A stretch of 64,000 bases of DNA from Candidatus Binatia bacterium (GCA_050187625.1 JBFWXH010000020.1:15355-79354); one strand, 5' to 3'; positions 27,818 through 37,005 are shown, numbered from the stretch's first letter. Notes: generated by a model not told the origin, from the letters alone. Made by a program: numbers and translations.

Positions 27818-30244
27818 ATGGACGGACTCGAAGGAGTGAAAGTTCTCGAATTAGGGAACATGGTATCGGCTGCGCACGCAACGAAATTGCTGGCCGATCT
27901 CGGCGCGGATGTGGTGAAAGTCGAAGAGCCCACAGGTGATACTGCACGAGCACGCGGTCCGTTTCCTGGTGGCGTGATCGATCCAGAAAAGAGCGGCCTT
28001 TTTCTCTACCTGAATACCAACAAACGTAGCGTGGCACTGGACCTGAACCGCCAACGGGATGAACTCCGTCATCTCGTGTCGTGGGCTGACATTCTGATCC
28101 ACAACTACTCTCCTCGAGACATGGCTGCACGCAGCCTTGCCTACGAAACGTTTTCTCACATCAATCCTCGGCTGGTGATGTGTTCGATCACGCCCTTTGG
28201 CCTGACAGGACCACACAAAAACTATCATGCCTATGATCTCACCCTTGCGCATGCCGGGGGCTGGGCGTGGTTGAGCCCCGGCGCGTTAGAACATCCCGAG
28301 CTGCCGCCGCTCAAAGCCTTTGGCCAACAGTGTGGCTTTCAGGGTGGGCTCGCAGCCGCGACAGCGTCTCTCGGCGCTTATTATCGTGCGTTGTCGACTG
28401 GAACCGGTGAGCACATCGACCTTTCTGTCCAAGCCTTCATTGCCTCGTTCCTGGAGCAGGCAATTGTTTATTACAGCTACTTGGGGCGAGTCGCCTCGCG
28501 TTTGGGGCAGCGCTATATGTATCCGTGGGGCATGTATGAATGCCGAGATGGTCTTATTTTCATCGTGGTGCCAGAAGAAGACCAGTGGGAGCGTCTCGTA
28601 GAACTCATGGGTAAACCGGAATGGACGAGCTGGGACATTTTTTCTGGCCGTACCAATCGTATCAAGAATCAGGATGCGCTCAAAGTCTACGTGGAAGAAT
28701 GGACACGGCAATGGACTGTCGAGGATCTCTTCCATGCTTCCCAGGCTCGGCGATTGTGCGTGGCTCCAGTGTTGACGATGGCAGGCTTGGCTCGCCAGGA
28801 GCAGCTCCGCGTACGCCACTTCTTTGTCGAAGTCGACCATCCTCAGGCTGGCACTCTGACCCACATGGGGCCGCCGTACCAACTACAAGACCCATGGTGG
28901 CAGATCCGGCGACCAGCACCACTGCTCGGTCAACACAACGCTGAAATCAAGAATGAGACTAGAGGCTGGAAACTAGAGACGAGTTCCTCCACCCCTCAAG
29001 CCTCAAACCTCAAGCCTCAAGCCTCTCCAACCCAGCTTCCTCTGTACGGCATTCGTATCGCCGATTTTTCCTGGGTGTGGGCGGGCCCGTATTGTACGAT
29101 GCATCTCGCGTACCTCGGTGCCGAGGTCATCAAGATTGAATCCCAGGCCCATCTCGATTTGATGCGACGGTTGCCGATTGCCCCGCGCGGAGTCACGCCT
29201 GGATTCGATAGTTCTGGTCCATTCAACCAATGGAACCAGAGCAAGAAGAGCATCCAGGTGAATCTCAGCAAAGCTGAAGGAATCGCGCTGGCCAAAGAAC
29301 TGATTCAACAGTGTGACGTGGTGGTTGAGAACTTTGCCACCGGCGTGATGGATGCCTTTGGCTTGGGTTATGAAGAGCTAAAGAAACTGAAACCTGACCT
29401 CATTATGGTGTCAATCTCTGGCTATGGTCACACCGGTCCGCTCAAAGATTACATGGGATATGGACCAGCGATACCACCTCTGACCGGATTGTCGGCGTTA
29501 ACTGGCTATGCCGATGGTCCGCCACGAGAACTCGGTGTATCCATTGGCGATCCCAATGCCGGGATAACAGCGGCGGTGGCCATCTGTGCTGCGCTTGCGG
29601 CCCGCAAACGCACAGGACAGGGCCAATATATCGATGTCGCACTCTGGAGCGCTGCTGCGGTGTTAGCGGCGGAGGGGTGGATGGAATACACCATGAACGG
29701 CACCGAACCGGCACGCCAAGGCAACCGCGACGTCTGGATGGCGCCACATAACTGCTTTCGTTGTCTCGGCGAGGATACATGGGTCACGATTGCCTGTGGC
29801 ACGGAAGCAGAATGGCAGGCGCTGTGCCGCATAATGGAACACCCACAGTTGATTGATGACCCGCGTTTCCGCACCGCCCGTGACCGCAAAGCACACGAAG
29901 ACGAACTCGAACAACTGATCACGACATGGACCTCTCAACGTGATCGCTGGGCAATCACCCACAGCTTGCAAGCGGTTGGGGTCGCGGCATTTCCCTCGAT
30001 GAGTAGCAAAGACCTGGTAGAAGATACACAGCTGAACGAGCGCGGCTTTTTTGCGCGCCTTGCACATCCGGGAGTGGGGACGCAGACCCACACGGGGATC
30101 CCATGGACCCTGACCCATGCTCCAAATGGGGTCCAGTCCCCTGCGCCGTTGCTTGGTCAGCATACAGACGAAGTGCTGCGCCGCGTACTGGGCTATGAGG
30201 AGGAAAAGATCGCTCGGTTAAAAGAGCAGCAAGTGTTGTACTAA
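27818..30244 (+). CDS. Tandem-fused (two-module) family-III CoA-transferase, 808 aa
   Basis: Two CaiB/BaiF-type modules start at GVKVLELGNMVSAAHATKLLADLGADVVKVE and GIRIADFSWVWAGPYCTMHLAYLGAEVIKIE. The C-half has GDPNAG...RKRTGQGQYIDVAL. Confidence 0.85.
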   Translation: MDGLEGVKVLELGNMVSAAHATKLLADLGADVVKVEEPTGDTARARGPFPGGVIDPEKSGLFLYLNTNKRSVALDLNRQRDELRHLVSWADILIHNYSPRDMAARSLAYETFSHINPRLVMCSITPFGLTGPHKNYHAYDLTLAHAGGWAWLSPGALEHPELPPLKAFGQQCGFQGGLAAATASLGAYYRALSTGTGEHIDLSVQAFIASFLEQAIVYYSYLGRVASRLGQRYMYPWGMYECRDGLIFIVVPEEDQWERLVELMGKPEWTSWDIFSGRTNRIKNQDALKVYVEEWTRQWTVEDLFHASQARRLCVAPVLTMAGLARQEQLRVRHFFVEVDHPQAGTLTHMGPPYQLQDPWWQIRRPAPLLGQHNAEIKNETRGWKLETSSSTPQASNLKPQASPTQLPLYGIRIADFSWVWAGPYCTMHLAYLGAEVIKIESQAHLDLMRRLPIAPRGVTPGFDSSGPFNQWNQSKKSIQVNLSKAEGIALAKELIQQCDVVVENFATGVMDAFGLGYEELKKLKPDLIMVSISGYGHTGPLKDYMGYGPAIPPLTGLSALTGYADGPPRELGVSIGDPNAGITAAVAICAALAARKRTGQGQYIDVALWSAAAVLAAEGWMEYTMNGTEPARQGNRDVWMAPHNCFRCLGEDTWVTIACGTEAEWQALCRIMEHPQLIDDPRFRTARDRKAHEDELEQLITTWTSQRDRWAITHSLQAVGVAAFPSMSSKDLVEDTQLNERGFFARLAHPGVGTQTHTGIPWTLTHAPNGVQSPAPLLGQHTDEVLRRVLGYEEEKIARLKEQQVLY
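28994..29028 (+). repeat. Heptanucleotide tract (CCTCAAG-like x5) in the inter-module linker
   Basis: CCTCAAG CCTCAAA CCTCAAG CCTCAAG CCTCTCC, read directly from the sequence. Confidence 0.8.
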
Positions 30245-30455
30245 GGGGGCAGGCGAGTCTCAGGGTATAAGGTTCGCTCAGCACTATGAAGAAACCCTGT
30301 TGCTCTTGCCTAGTTGTGCCTTTTTCTTGTAGGAAATCTACTCTCGCGTAGCGCGGACGCTACAGAAACAAAGCCTTGGACTGGGGTACTGCCGTCAACT
30401 CGGAACAAGGCAGGCTGGACAAAATTTCATGGAGAGAGACAAAAGGAGGATTGAC

Positions 30456-32090
30456 ATGGCGAATGCTGAACAGAATACACCGACTGCCACGAATGGAGCT
30501 GGAACAGTCGAACAGTTTGACGCGATCGTGATTGGCGCTGGTGTGTCTGGCTTGTATCAACTGTACCGGCTGCGGGAGCTGGGGCTCAAGGTACGCTGCT
30601 TTGAGGATGGCAGCGGCGTGGGCGGGACCTGGTATTGGAACCGCTACCCAGGCTGTCGTTTTGATTCCGAGAGCGAAACCTACGGCTATTCGTGGTCGAA
30701 GGAACTGTTGCAGGAATGGAACTGGAAAGAACATTTCTCCGGCCAGCCGGAGAACGAACAATACCTGAATTATGTGGCGGACAAGTTCAATTTGCGTCCC
30801 AACATCCAATTCAATTCTCGGGTCGCCTCGGCGGTCTACGACGAGCAGGCGAACCTTTGGGACGTCCAGTTAGAGAATGGTCAGCGCGCCCGGGCGCAAT
30901 TCGTCGTCTCGGCGGCCGGCATCTTGTCCGCCCGGTACACACCACCATTTCCGGGGATCGATAGCTTCAAAGGCCAGTCGTTCCACACCTCGCGCTGGCC
31001 GAAGGAAAAAGTGGACTTCTCCGGCAAACGCGTGGCGTGTATCGGCACTGGCGCTACTGCTGTCCAACTCATTCCCATCGTCGCCAAAGAAGCTGGCCAT
31101 CTGACCGTTTTCCAACGGACCCCCAATTACTGCGCCCCATTGCGTAATGGGCTGGTTTCCGAGGAGACCCAAAAGCAGTGGAAAGCCAACTACGACGAAA
31201 TTCACAAACGTATTCGCGAAACGCCATTCGGCTTTATGCATAACTTCGACCCGCGCAATACTTTCGACGTCCCCAAGGAAGAACGGCTCGCGTTGTACGA
31301 AAAGTTGTGGGCACAGCCTGGGTTCACCAAATGGCTGAGCAATTTCCACGATATTATGACCAACCGTGAGGCCAACGAGGACTTCGCTGAATTCGTGCGC
31401 AACAAGATCCGCGCCCGCGTCAAGGATCCCGTGGTGGCGGAAAAGCTCTGCCCTAAGGACCATCCGTTCGGCTCCAAACGTATTCCCCTGGAGACTGAGT
31501 ATTACGAGACGTATAACCGGGATAACGTCTTGCTGGTGGACGTGCGTGAGACCCCGATCGAGGCCATCACTCCGAAAGGCGTCAAGACGAGTGACAAAGA
31601 GTACGAATTTGACGTCATCATCTACGCTACGGGGTTTGACGCTATCACCGGGGCATTGACCTCGATGGATATTCGCGGCGAAGGCGGGCAGACGCTTAAG
31701 GAAAAGTGGGACACGAATGGACTCAGCACGTACCTGGGCCTCCAGACTGCTGGGTTCCCGAATTTCTTCATCGCCACGAATGCCGCGTTCTGTAACTACA
31801 CGGTCTGCGCAGAGACCATTGTGGAATGGATTACTGATTGCATCCGTTACATTCGCGAGAAGGGCTTAAAACGCATTGCCCCTACCCTGGAAGCAGAGGA
31901 GGCCTGGGTGGAGCACGCGAACGAGTTGGCCTCGCACACGCTCTTGAGTGATGCGAAATCCTGGTTCATGGGGGCGAACATTCCCGGGAAGAAACGCAGC
32001 CTCCTCCTTTATGCCAATACTGCCACAGCCTATCGCGATAAGTGTTTGGAGGTCGCCGCCAACGGCTACGAGGGATTTGTGTTGCAGTAA
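30456..32090 (+). CDS. Type-I Baeyer-Villiger monooxygenase (~544 aa)
   Basis: ATG 30456 follows [53 protein letters not shown]. About 80% aa identity by eye to 5550-7178. Confidence 0.9.
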   Translation: MANAEQNTPTATNGAGTVEQFDAIVIGAGVSGLYQLYRLRELGLKVRCFEDGSGVGGTWYWNRYPGCRFDSESETYGYSWSKELLQEWNWKEHFSGQPENEQYLNYVADKFNLRPNIQFNSRVASAVYDEQANLWDVQLENGQRARAQFVVSAAGILSARYTPPFPGIDSFKGQSFHTSRWPKEKVDFSGKRVACIGTGATAVQLIPIVAKEAGHLTVFQRTPNYCAPLRNGLVSEETQKQWKANYDEIHKRIRETPFGFMHNFDPRNTFDVPKEERLALYEKLWAQPGFTKWLSNFHDIMTNREANEDFAEFVRNKIRARVKDPVVAEKLCPKDHPFGSKRIPLETEYYETYNRDNVLLVDVRETPIEAITPKGVKTSDKEYEFDVIIYATGFDAITGALTSMDIRGEGGQTLKEKWDTNGLSTYLGLQTAGFPNFFIATNAAFCNYTVCAETIVEWITDCIRYIREKGLKRIAPTLEAEEAWVEHANELASHTLLSDAKSWFMGANIPGKKRSLLLYANTATAYRDKCLEVAANGYEGFVLQ

Positions 32091-32177
32091 TACTGGCCTG
32101 TACGGCTGCCCTGCGTGCCCAGCGAACAGCGGGAGACCGGGAATATCGATCCCAACTTCAGGCGTTTACTGAGTAAG

Positions 32178-32303
32178 AATTCCCTCTCCCGCCGGGAGAG
32201 GGCGAGGGTGAGGGGATCTCACAAAGAATACTCTTTTTTCCCCTCATCCTGACCCCCTTCGACAAAACTCAGGATAGGCTTCTCCCGGACGGGAGAAGGA
32301 ACC
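32178..32303 (+). repeat. R3 MITE-like element (~125 bp), forward copy
   Basis: aattccctctcccgccgggagaggg...cccctcatcct...cttctcccggacgggagaaggaacc. The reverse complement of 55469-55573 aligns along its length apart from one ~25-bp indel. Confidence 0.6.
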
Positions 32304-32511
32304 GAAAACCGCCAGCGGGTAATCTGCCATCGACTGGGTCCTTCTTAGGGATTTCTTTCTTGTGTTTTCGGCGCAGACAGGTGCGGCAGCCTTGTCAACT
32401 TGTCCATGAGCATGGATAAAGGAGAAGCTACAGTTAAGACTCGCGGTTCTCCAAATATAGGAAAGAACCAGCGCGAGCATTGTAGAAAGGAAAGTAAAGG
32501 AGGAATTCGTT

Positions 32512-34944
32512 ATGCCCGGACTCGAAGGGGTACACGTTCTTGAACTTGGCCATATGGTTTCTGCCGCCTACGCCGCCAAGCTTATGGCTGACCTTGGCGC
32601 GGACGTCATCAAAATTGAAGAGCCCCACGGAGATCAAGCGCGTCAGCGCGGCCCGTTTCCCGGCGGAACACCGCACGCCGAGAAAAGCGGCCTCTTCCTC
32701 GCCCTGAACACGAACAAGCGCAGCGTGGCTCTGGATCTGCAACAATCCCAAGGGCAAACGCAGCTCCATGATCTGGTGGCAAAAGCAGATATTCTCATCC
32801 ATAATTACCCCCCAGCCGAAATGGCCGCACTGGGAATCAATTACGAGACGTTTCGTCAACTCAATCCCCGTTTAGTCATGTGCTCGATCACGCCCTTCGG
32901 GTTGACCGGCCCACATCGACAGTACCGTGCCTACGAAATCACTATGGCTCACGGCGGTGGGTGGGCCTGGCTGAGTCCTGGTGCCTCAGACCGTCCAGAT
33001 TTGCCACCGCTGAAAGCCTTTGGCCATCAAGCTGACTTTCAAGGTGCTCTGGCAGCGTCAGTTGTCACCTTGGGAGCATACTATCGGTCGCTGAATACGG
33101 GCTTAGGCGAACATATTGACCTGTCGGTACAGGCGTTCGTCGCTTCGTTTCTGGAGCAAAATTTCGTCTATTACAGCTATATGGGCAAAGTCGCCTCGCG
33201 CCTGGGGCAACGCCTGATCTATCCGTGGGGTATGTACCAGTGTCAGGATGGCCTGATTTTTCTGGTCAACGTTGAACAGGACCAATGGTTACGTCTGGTC
33301 GACTTGATGGGTGACCCGGAGTGGGCCAGTTGGGAAATTTTTAAAGACCAGTTCGCACGCGCAGAAAACTGGGATGTCATTAAGCCATACCTGGATGAAT
33401 GGATGCAGCAGTGGAAGGTCGAGGACTTGTGGCGAGCCGGGCAAGAACGCCGCATCTGTTTTTCCCCAGTGTTCACCCTGCCGCAACTGGCCACACAGGA
33501 GCAACTGCGCACACGCGACTTCTTTATCGAGGTGACTCATCCACAAGCCGGCAAACTCACGCATCTCGGCGCTCCGTACCGCCTGGGCAAATCGTGGCTA
33601 AAAATTCGCCGCCCCGCGCCCTTGCTTGGCGAATATAACGAAGGAATTACGACCGAGACGAAGGGGTGGAGACAAGAGACTGGTTCCTCCACCCCTCACC
33701 CCTCAAGCCTCAAGCCTCAAGCCTCTCCGTCCCATCTTCCCCTCGACGGCATTCGCGTCATCGACTTTAGCTGGGCCTGGGCCGGGCCGTTCTGCGCCCT
33801 CCACCTTGCCCATCTTGGCGCTGAAGTTATCAGAGTCGAGTCGCAGGTCCGTCCTGATCTCGGCCGCCGCGTCCCCATCTATCCTACCGGTATGCAACCA
33901 GGCTTGAACCGCTCTGGCTATTTCAATCAATGGCATCAGGGCAAGAAGAGTATCCTACTCAACTTGAGCAAACGCGAGGCCATTGACATTGTCAGGAAGC
34001 TGATTGCCCAGAGCGATGTGGTCGTCGAAAACTTTGCGACGGGAGTGATGGAACATCTCGGGTTAGGATACGAGGAGTTAAAGAAGCTCAAACCAGATAT
34101 CATCATGGCCTCGATCTCCGGCTACGGTCATACCGGACCGCAACAAAAATATATGGGTTATGGGCCGGCCATCGCGCCGATGACCGGGTTGTCTTCCCTC
34201 ACTGGCTATATTGGCGGTTCTCCGCAGGAGGTAGGGATTTCCTATGGTGATCCCAATGGTGGCATCGACGCTGCGTCCGCGATCTGTGCGGCGTTGGTGG
34301 CGCGCAAACGGACAGGACAAGGGCAGTACATCGATGTGTCATTGTGGGAGGGTGTGGCAGCGCTGATGCATGAAGGATGGATGGAGTACGCCATGAACGG
34401 CACCCAACCAGAGCGCATGGGCAATCGCGATCCTCTCATGTCGCCACACAACTGTTTCCGCTGTGCAGGCGACGATGAATGGGTCACCATCGCCTGTGGC
34501 ACGGACGAAGAGTGGCAGGCACTGTGCCAGGCCATTGGCCAACCGCAGCTTGCTGCTGATGCCCGCTTCCGTACCGCGCCAGACCGCAAAGCCCACGAAG
34601 ACGAATTAGAAGCGATCATCAGCGCGTGGACGTTGCCGCACGGAAAATGGGAGGTGACACGGACGTTACAAGCGGCGGGCGTTGCCGCGTTTCCGTCGAT
34701 GAACAGCAAAGATCTCGCAGACGATCCGCATCTCAATGAACGGGGTTTCTTCGCTCGGCTCCACCATGCCGAGGTGGGCGAGCAAACCCATACTGGCATT
34801 CCGTGGCGCTTGACCAATGCTCCGAACGGCGTTCGTGCGCCTGCGCCTCTGCTCGGGGCGGATACTGACACGGTCATGCACGAACTGTTGGGCTACTCTA
34901 GTGAGACCATCGCCAAATTGAAGGAAGAGCAGATATTGTATTAA
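32512..34944 (+). CDS. Tandem-fused (two-module) family-III CoA-transferase, 810 aa
   Basis: AAAGGAGGA RBS. Modules start at GVHVLELGHMVSAAYAAKLMADLGADVIKIE and GIRVIDFSWAWAGPFCALHLAHLGAEVIRVE. The C-half has GDPNGG...RKRTGQGQYIDVSL. Confidence 0.85.
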   Translation: MPGLEGVHVLELGHMVSAAYAAKLMADLGADVIKIEEPHGDQARQRGPFPGGTPHAEKSGLFLALNTNKRSVALDLQQSQGQTQLHDLVAKADILIHNYPPAEMAALGINYETFRQLNPRLVMCSITPFGLTGPHRQYRAYEITMAHGGGWAWLSPGASDRPDLPPLKAFGHQADFQGALAASVVTLGAYYRSLNTGLGEHIDLSVQAFVASFLEQNFVYYSYMGKVASRLGQRLIYPWGMYQCQDGLIFLVNVEQDQWLRLVDLMGDPEWASWEIFKDQFARAENWDVIKPYLDEWMQQWKVEDLWRAGQERRICFSPVFTLPQLATQEQLRTRDFFIEVTHPQAGKLTHLGAPYRLGKSWLKIRRPAPLLGEYNEGITTETKGWRQETGSSTPHPSSLKPQASPSHLPLDGIRVIDFSWAWAGPFCALHLAHLGAEVIRVESQVRPDLGRRVPIYPTGMQPGLNRSGYFNQWHQGKKSILLNLSKREAIDIVRKLIAQSDVVVENFATGVMEHLGLGYEELKKLKPDIIMASISGYGHTGPQQKYMGYGPAIAPMTGLSSLTGYIGGSPQEVGISYGDPNGGIDAASAICAALVARKRTGQGQYIDVSLWEGVAALMHEGWMEYAMNGTQPERMGNRDPLMSPHNCFRCAGDDEWVTIACGTDEEWQALCQAIGQPQLAADARFRTAPDRKAHEDELEAIISAWTLPHGKWEVTRTLQAAGVAAFPSMNSKDLADDPHLNERGFFARLHHAEVGEQTHTGIPWRLTNAPNGVRAPAPLLGADTDTVMHELLGYSSETIAKLKEEQILY
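33694..33728 (+). repeat. Heptanucleotide tract (CCTCAAG-like x5) in the inter-module linker
   Basis: CCTCACC CCTCAAG CCTCAAG CCTCAAG CCTCTCC. Confidence 0.8.
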
Positions 34945-34973
34945 AGTGCTGCCCGATTAGCGGTTACTACCAT

Positions 34974-35044
34974 GTCAGGTTGAGCGTAGCGAAACATCTC
35001 TCTTCAGCGTCCCAGGTGAGATTCGTTGCTTCGCTCAGAATGAC
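34974..35044. repeat. R2-variant palindromic element
   Basis: gtcaggttgagcgtagcgaaacatctc ... gagattcgttgcttcgctcagaatgac. Confidence 0.5.
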
Positions 35045-35096
35045 AGTATCGTGAGATCAGGCAATTGGGATAGGCTCTAAAAGGGAAGGATGGCAC

Positions 35097-35549
35097 ATGG
35101 ATATTACGAGCATCTACCATATCAACATTAACTGCACCAACTTCGAGCGCTCGCTCGCCTTCTACAAAATGTTAGGGTTCAAAGAGGTGGTCGATTTTGG
35201 TGAGGGCACAGGACCACAAATGGCGGGGCTGAAACTGCCTGGTGCGCGCGGAAGGGGGAAACTCCTGCAACTCGGCGACGATCCTCGTTCGTGTCATATT
35301 GACTTGATCGAGTGGCTCGATCCCAAAACCGAGGGGCGGCCATACGAACGCCTGACCAACGCAGGGATCGCGCGGGTCTGTCTGTATTCCAAGAACATCT
35401 GGAAAGATTACGAAGAACTCAAGAGTAAAGGAGTGGAGTTTTATACTGAGCCGATAACGATTAAATATCGCGGCGGACAGTCACTCATCGTCTGTTTCGA
35501 AGACCCAGACGGGACGGTGGTAGAGTTGACGCAGTTTCAGAAACAGTAG
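35097..35549 (+). CDS. VOC family protein
   Basis: IYHININCTNFERSLAFYKMLGF. 150 aa. Confidence 0.75.
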   Translation: MDITSIYHININCTNFERSLAFYKMLGFKEVVDFGEGTGPQMAGLKLPGARGRGKLLQLGDDPRSCHIDLIEWLDPKTEGRPYERLTNAGIARVCLYSKNIWKDYEELKSKGVEFYTEPITIKYRGGQSLIVCFEDPDGTVVELTQFQKQ

Positions 35550-35584
35550 ATGCATCACGCGACGACGCAAAAGGAGGAACGCTC

Positions 35585-36922
35585 ATGATCATTGGCTATT
35601 TCACCGAACGGCCGTACCGCTGGGTGCCAGAGGACGAGGTCCTCAGGAATGAGGCATTCTTTGCGGTGTCGAACAAATACTTTGACCGCGAGAAGGCAGC
35701 AGACGACTATAACTACTTCCTGGATGAGTACTGCTATGCCGAAGAGCTAGGTTTTGACGCCCTCATGCTCAACGAGCACCATGGCAATCCTTTCTGCATG
35801 GGCAGTGTGATGAACGTCGAGGCCTCGATCCTTGCGCGCATCACCAAGCGCGCGAAGATTGTGTTGATTGGCAACCCCCTGCCGGTCATCAAGCATCCCC
35901 TGCGTATGGCAGAAGAGCTAGCTGAGATCGATCTGATTTCCCGTGGACGCCTGGTGACAGGCTGGGTCCGTGGCGCTGGCAGCGAACAGTTCTTCAATAA
36001 TGCCAACCCTGCCTACAACCGGGAGTATTTCAACGAAGCGCACGATTTTATCATTCAGGCGTGGACGCGGCCCGGTCCGTGGCGCTACGAAGGCAAGCAT
36101 TTCCACTATCGTCATGTGAACCCCTGGGCACTGCCTTATCAGAAACCACACCCGCAGATGTGGATTCCTGGGGTACTGAGTCCAGAGACCGCCCAGTGGT
36201 GCGCGGAGCGCGGCTACCCGTACATGGGATTGGTCACTGCCCTGGGACCCACCTGCGATATGTGGGACTTCTACGCTGATACTGCCGCCAAGAATGGCTA
36301 TCAGGCTGGACCAGAGAACTTCGGTTATCTGATGAGTGTGTTCGTAGCCGACACCGATGAGAAAGCCCAAGAACTCGGCAAAGGCTTTATGTTTGGGGGA
36401 GGGCCAGGGGCTTTCTCACGACCAGAGCACACCGTACCGCCAGGATATAATTCGAAGGATGCGATTCGCCGTCTCGCCCGGATGCCGAGTGGTGGCTGGG
36501 TAGGTGTCAACGCCGAAAGGTTCAAAGCAGCGCAGGAAGGCAAGAGCGCCTACGACGGCAAGGATCTCAATGAGGTTCGTCGCAAGCTGATGGCAGCCTA
36601 TGACAAAGCGCAGAAAGACCATCTCATGATTGTCGGGTCGCCCAAGACAGTCATTGAGAAAGTTAAGACTATCATGCAGCTGCTCCGTGTCAGCATCCTC
36701 ACCGTCTTCCAGGTGCAAGGCACGGTCAGTAATGAGGATCGGAAAACCAGCATGCGCTTGTTCGCGCAGGAGGTCGCCCCGGCGATAAGAGAGTACGCCA
36801 AAGAGCTTGACCTGCCAGATCCGTTTCAACGCTTCCCCGGGTCGGTCAAGTTACAACCTGGCACGACGCGACTCCCGGTAGTAGATCGTGCACCACTTGC
36901 AACCATGAAGTTCGGCGCGTAA
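35585..36922 (+). CDS. LLM-class (luciferase-like) flavin-dependent oxidoreductase, 445 aa
   Basis: LGFDALMLNEHHGNPF...LIGNPLPVIKHPLRMAEELAEIDLISRGRL is typical of the luciferase-like TIM barrel. Confidence 0.75.
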   Translation: MIIGYFTERPYRWVPEDEVLRNEAFFAVSNKYFDREKAADDYNYFLDEYCYAEELGFDALMLNEHHGNPFCMGSVMNVEASILARITKRAKIVLIGNPLPVIKHPLRMAEELAEIDLISRGRLVTGWVRGAGSEQFFNNANPAYNREYFNEAHDFIIQAWTRPGPWRYEGKHFHYRHVNPWALPYQKPHPQMWIPGVLSPETAQWCAERGYPYMGLVTALGPTCDMWDFYADTAAKNGYQAGPENFGYLMSVFVADTDEKAQELGKGFMFGGGPGAFSRPEHTVPPGYNSKDAIRRLARMPSGGWVGVNAERFKAAQEGKSAYDGKDLNEVRRKLMAAYDKAQKDHLMIVGSPKTVIEKVKTIMQLLRVSILTVFQVQGTVSNEDRKTSMRLFAQEVAPAIREYAKELDLPDPFQRFPGSVKLQPGTTRLPVVDRAPLATMKFGA

Positions 36923-36930
36923 ACGGCACT

Positions 36931-37005
36931 GTCATTGCGAGCGCAGCGAAGCAATCTCATTTTCATACAGAGATTGCTTCGTCGCCTGTGGCTCCTCGCA
37001 ATGAC
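36931..37005. repeat. R2 palindromic element (full copy)
   Basis: gtcattgcgagcgcagcgaagcaatctc-attttcataca-gagattgcttcgtcgcctgtggctcctcgcaatgac. Confidence 0.65.
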
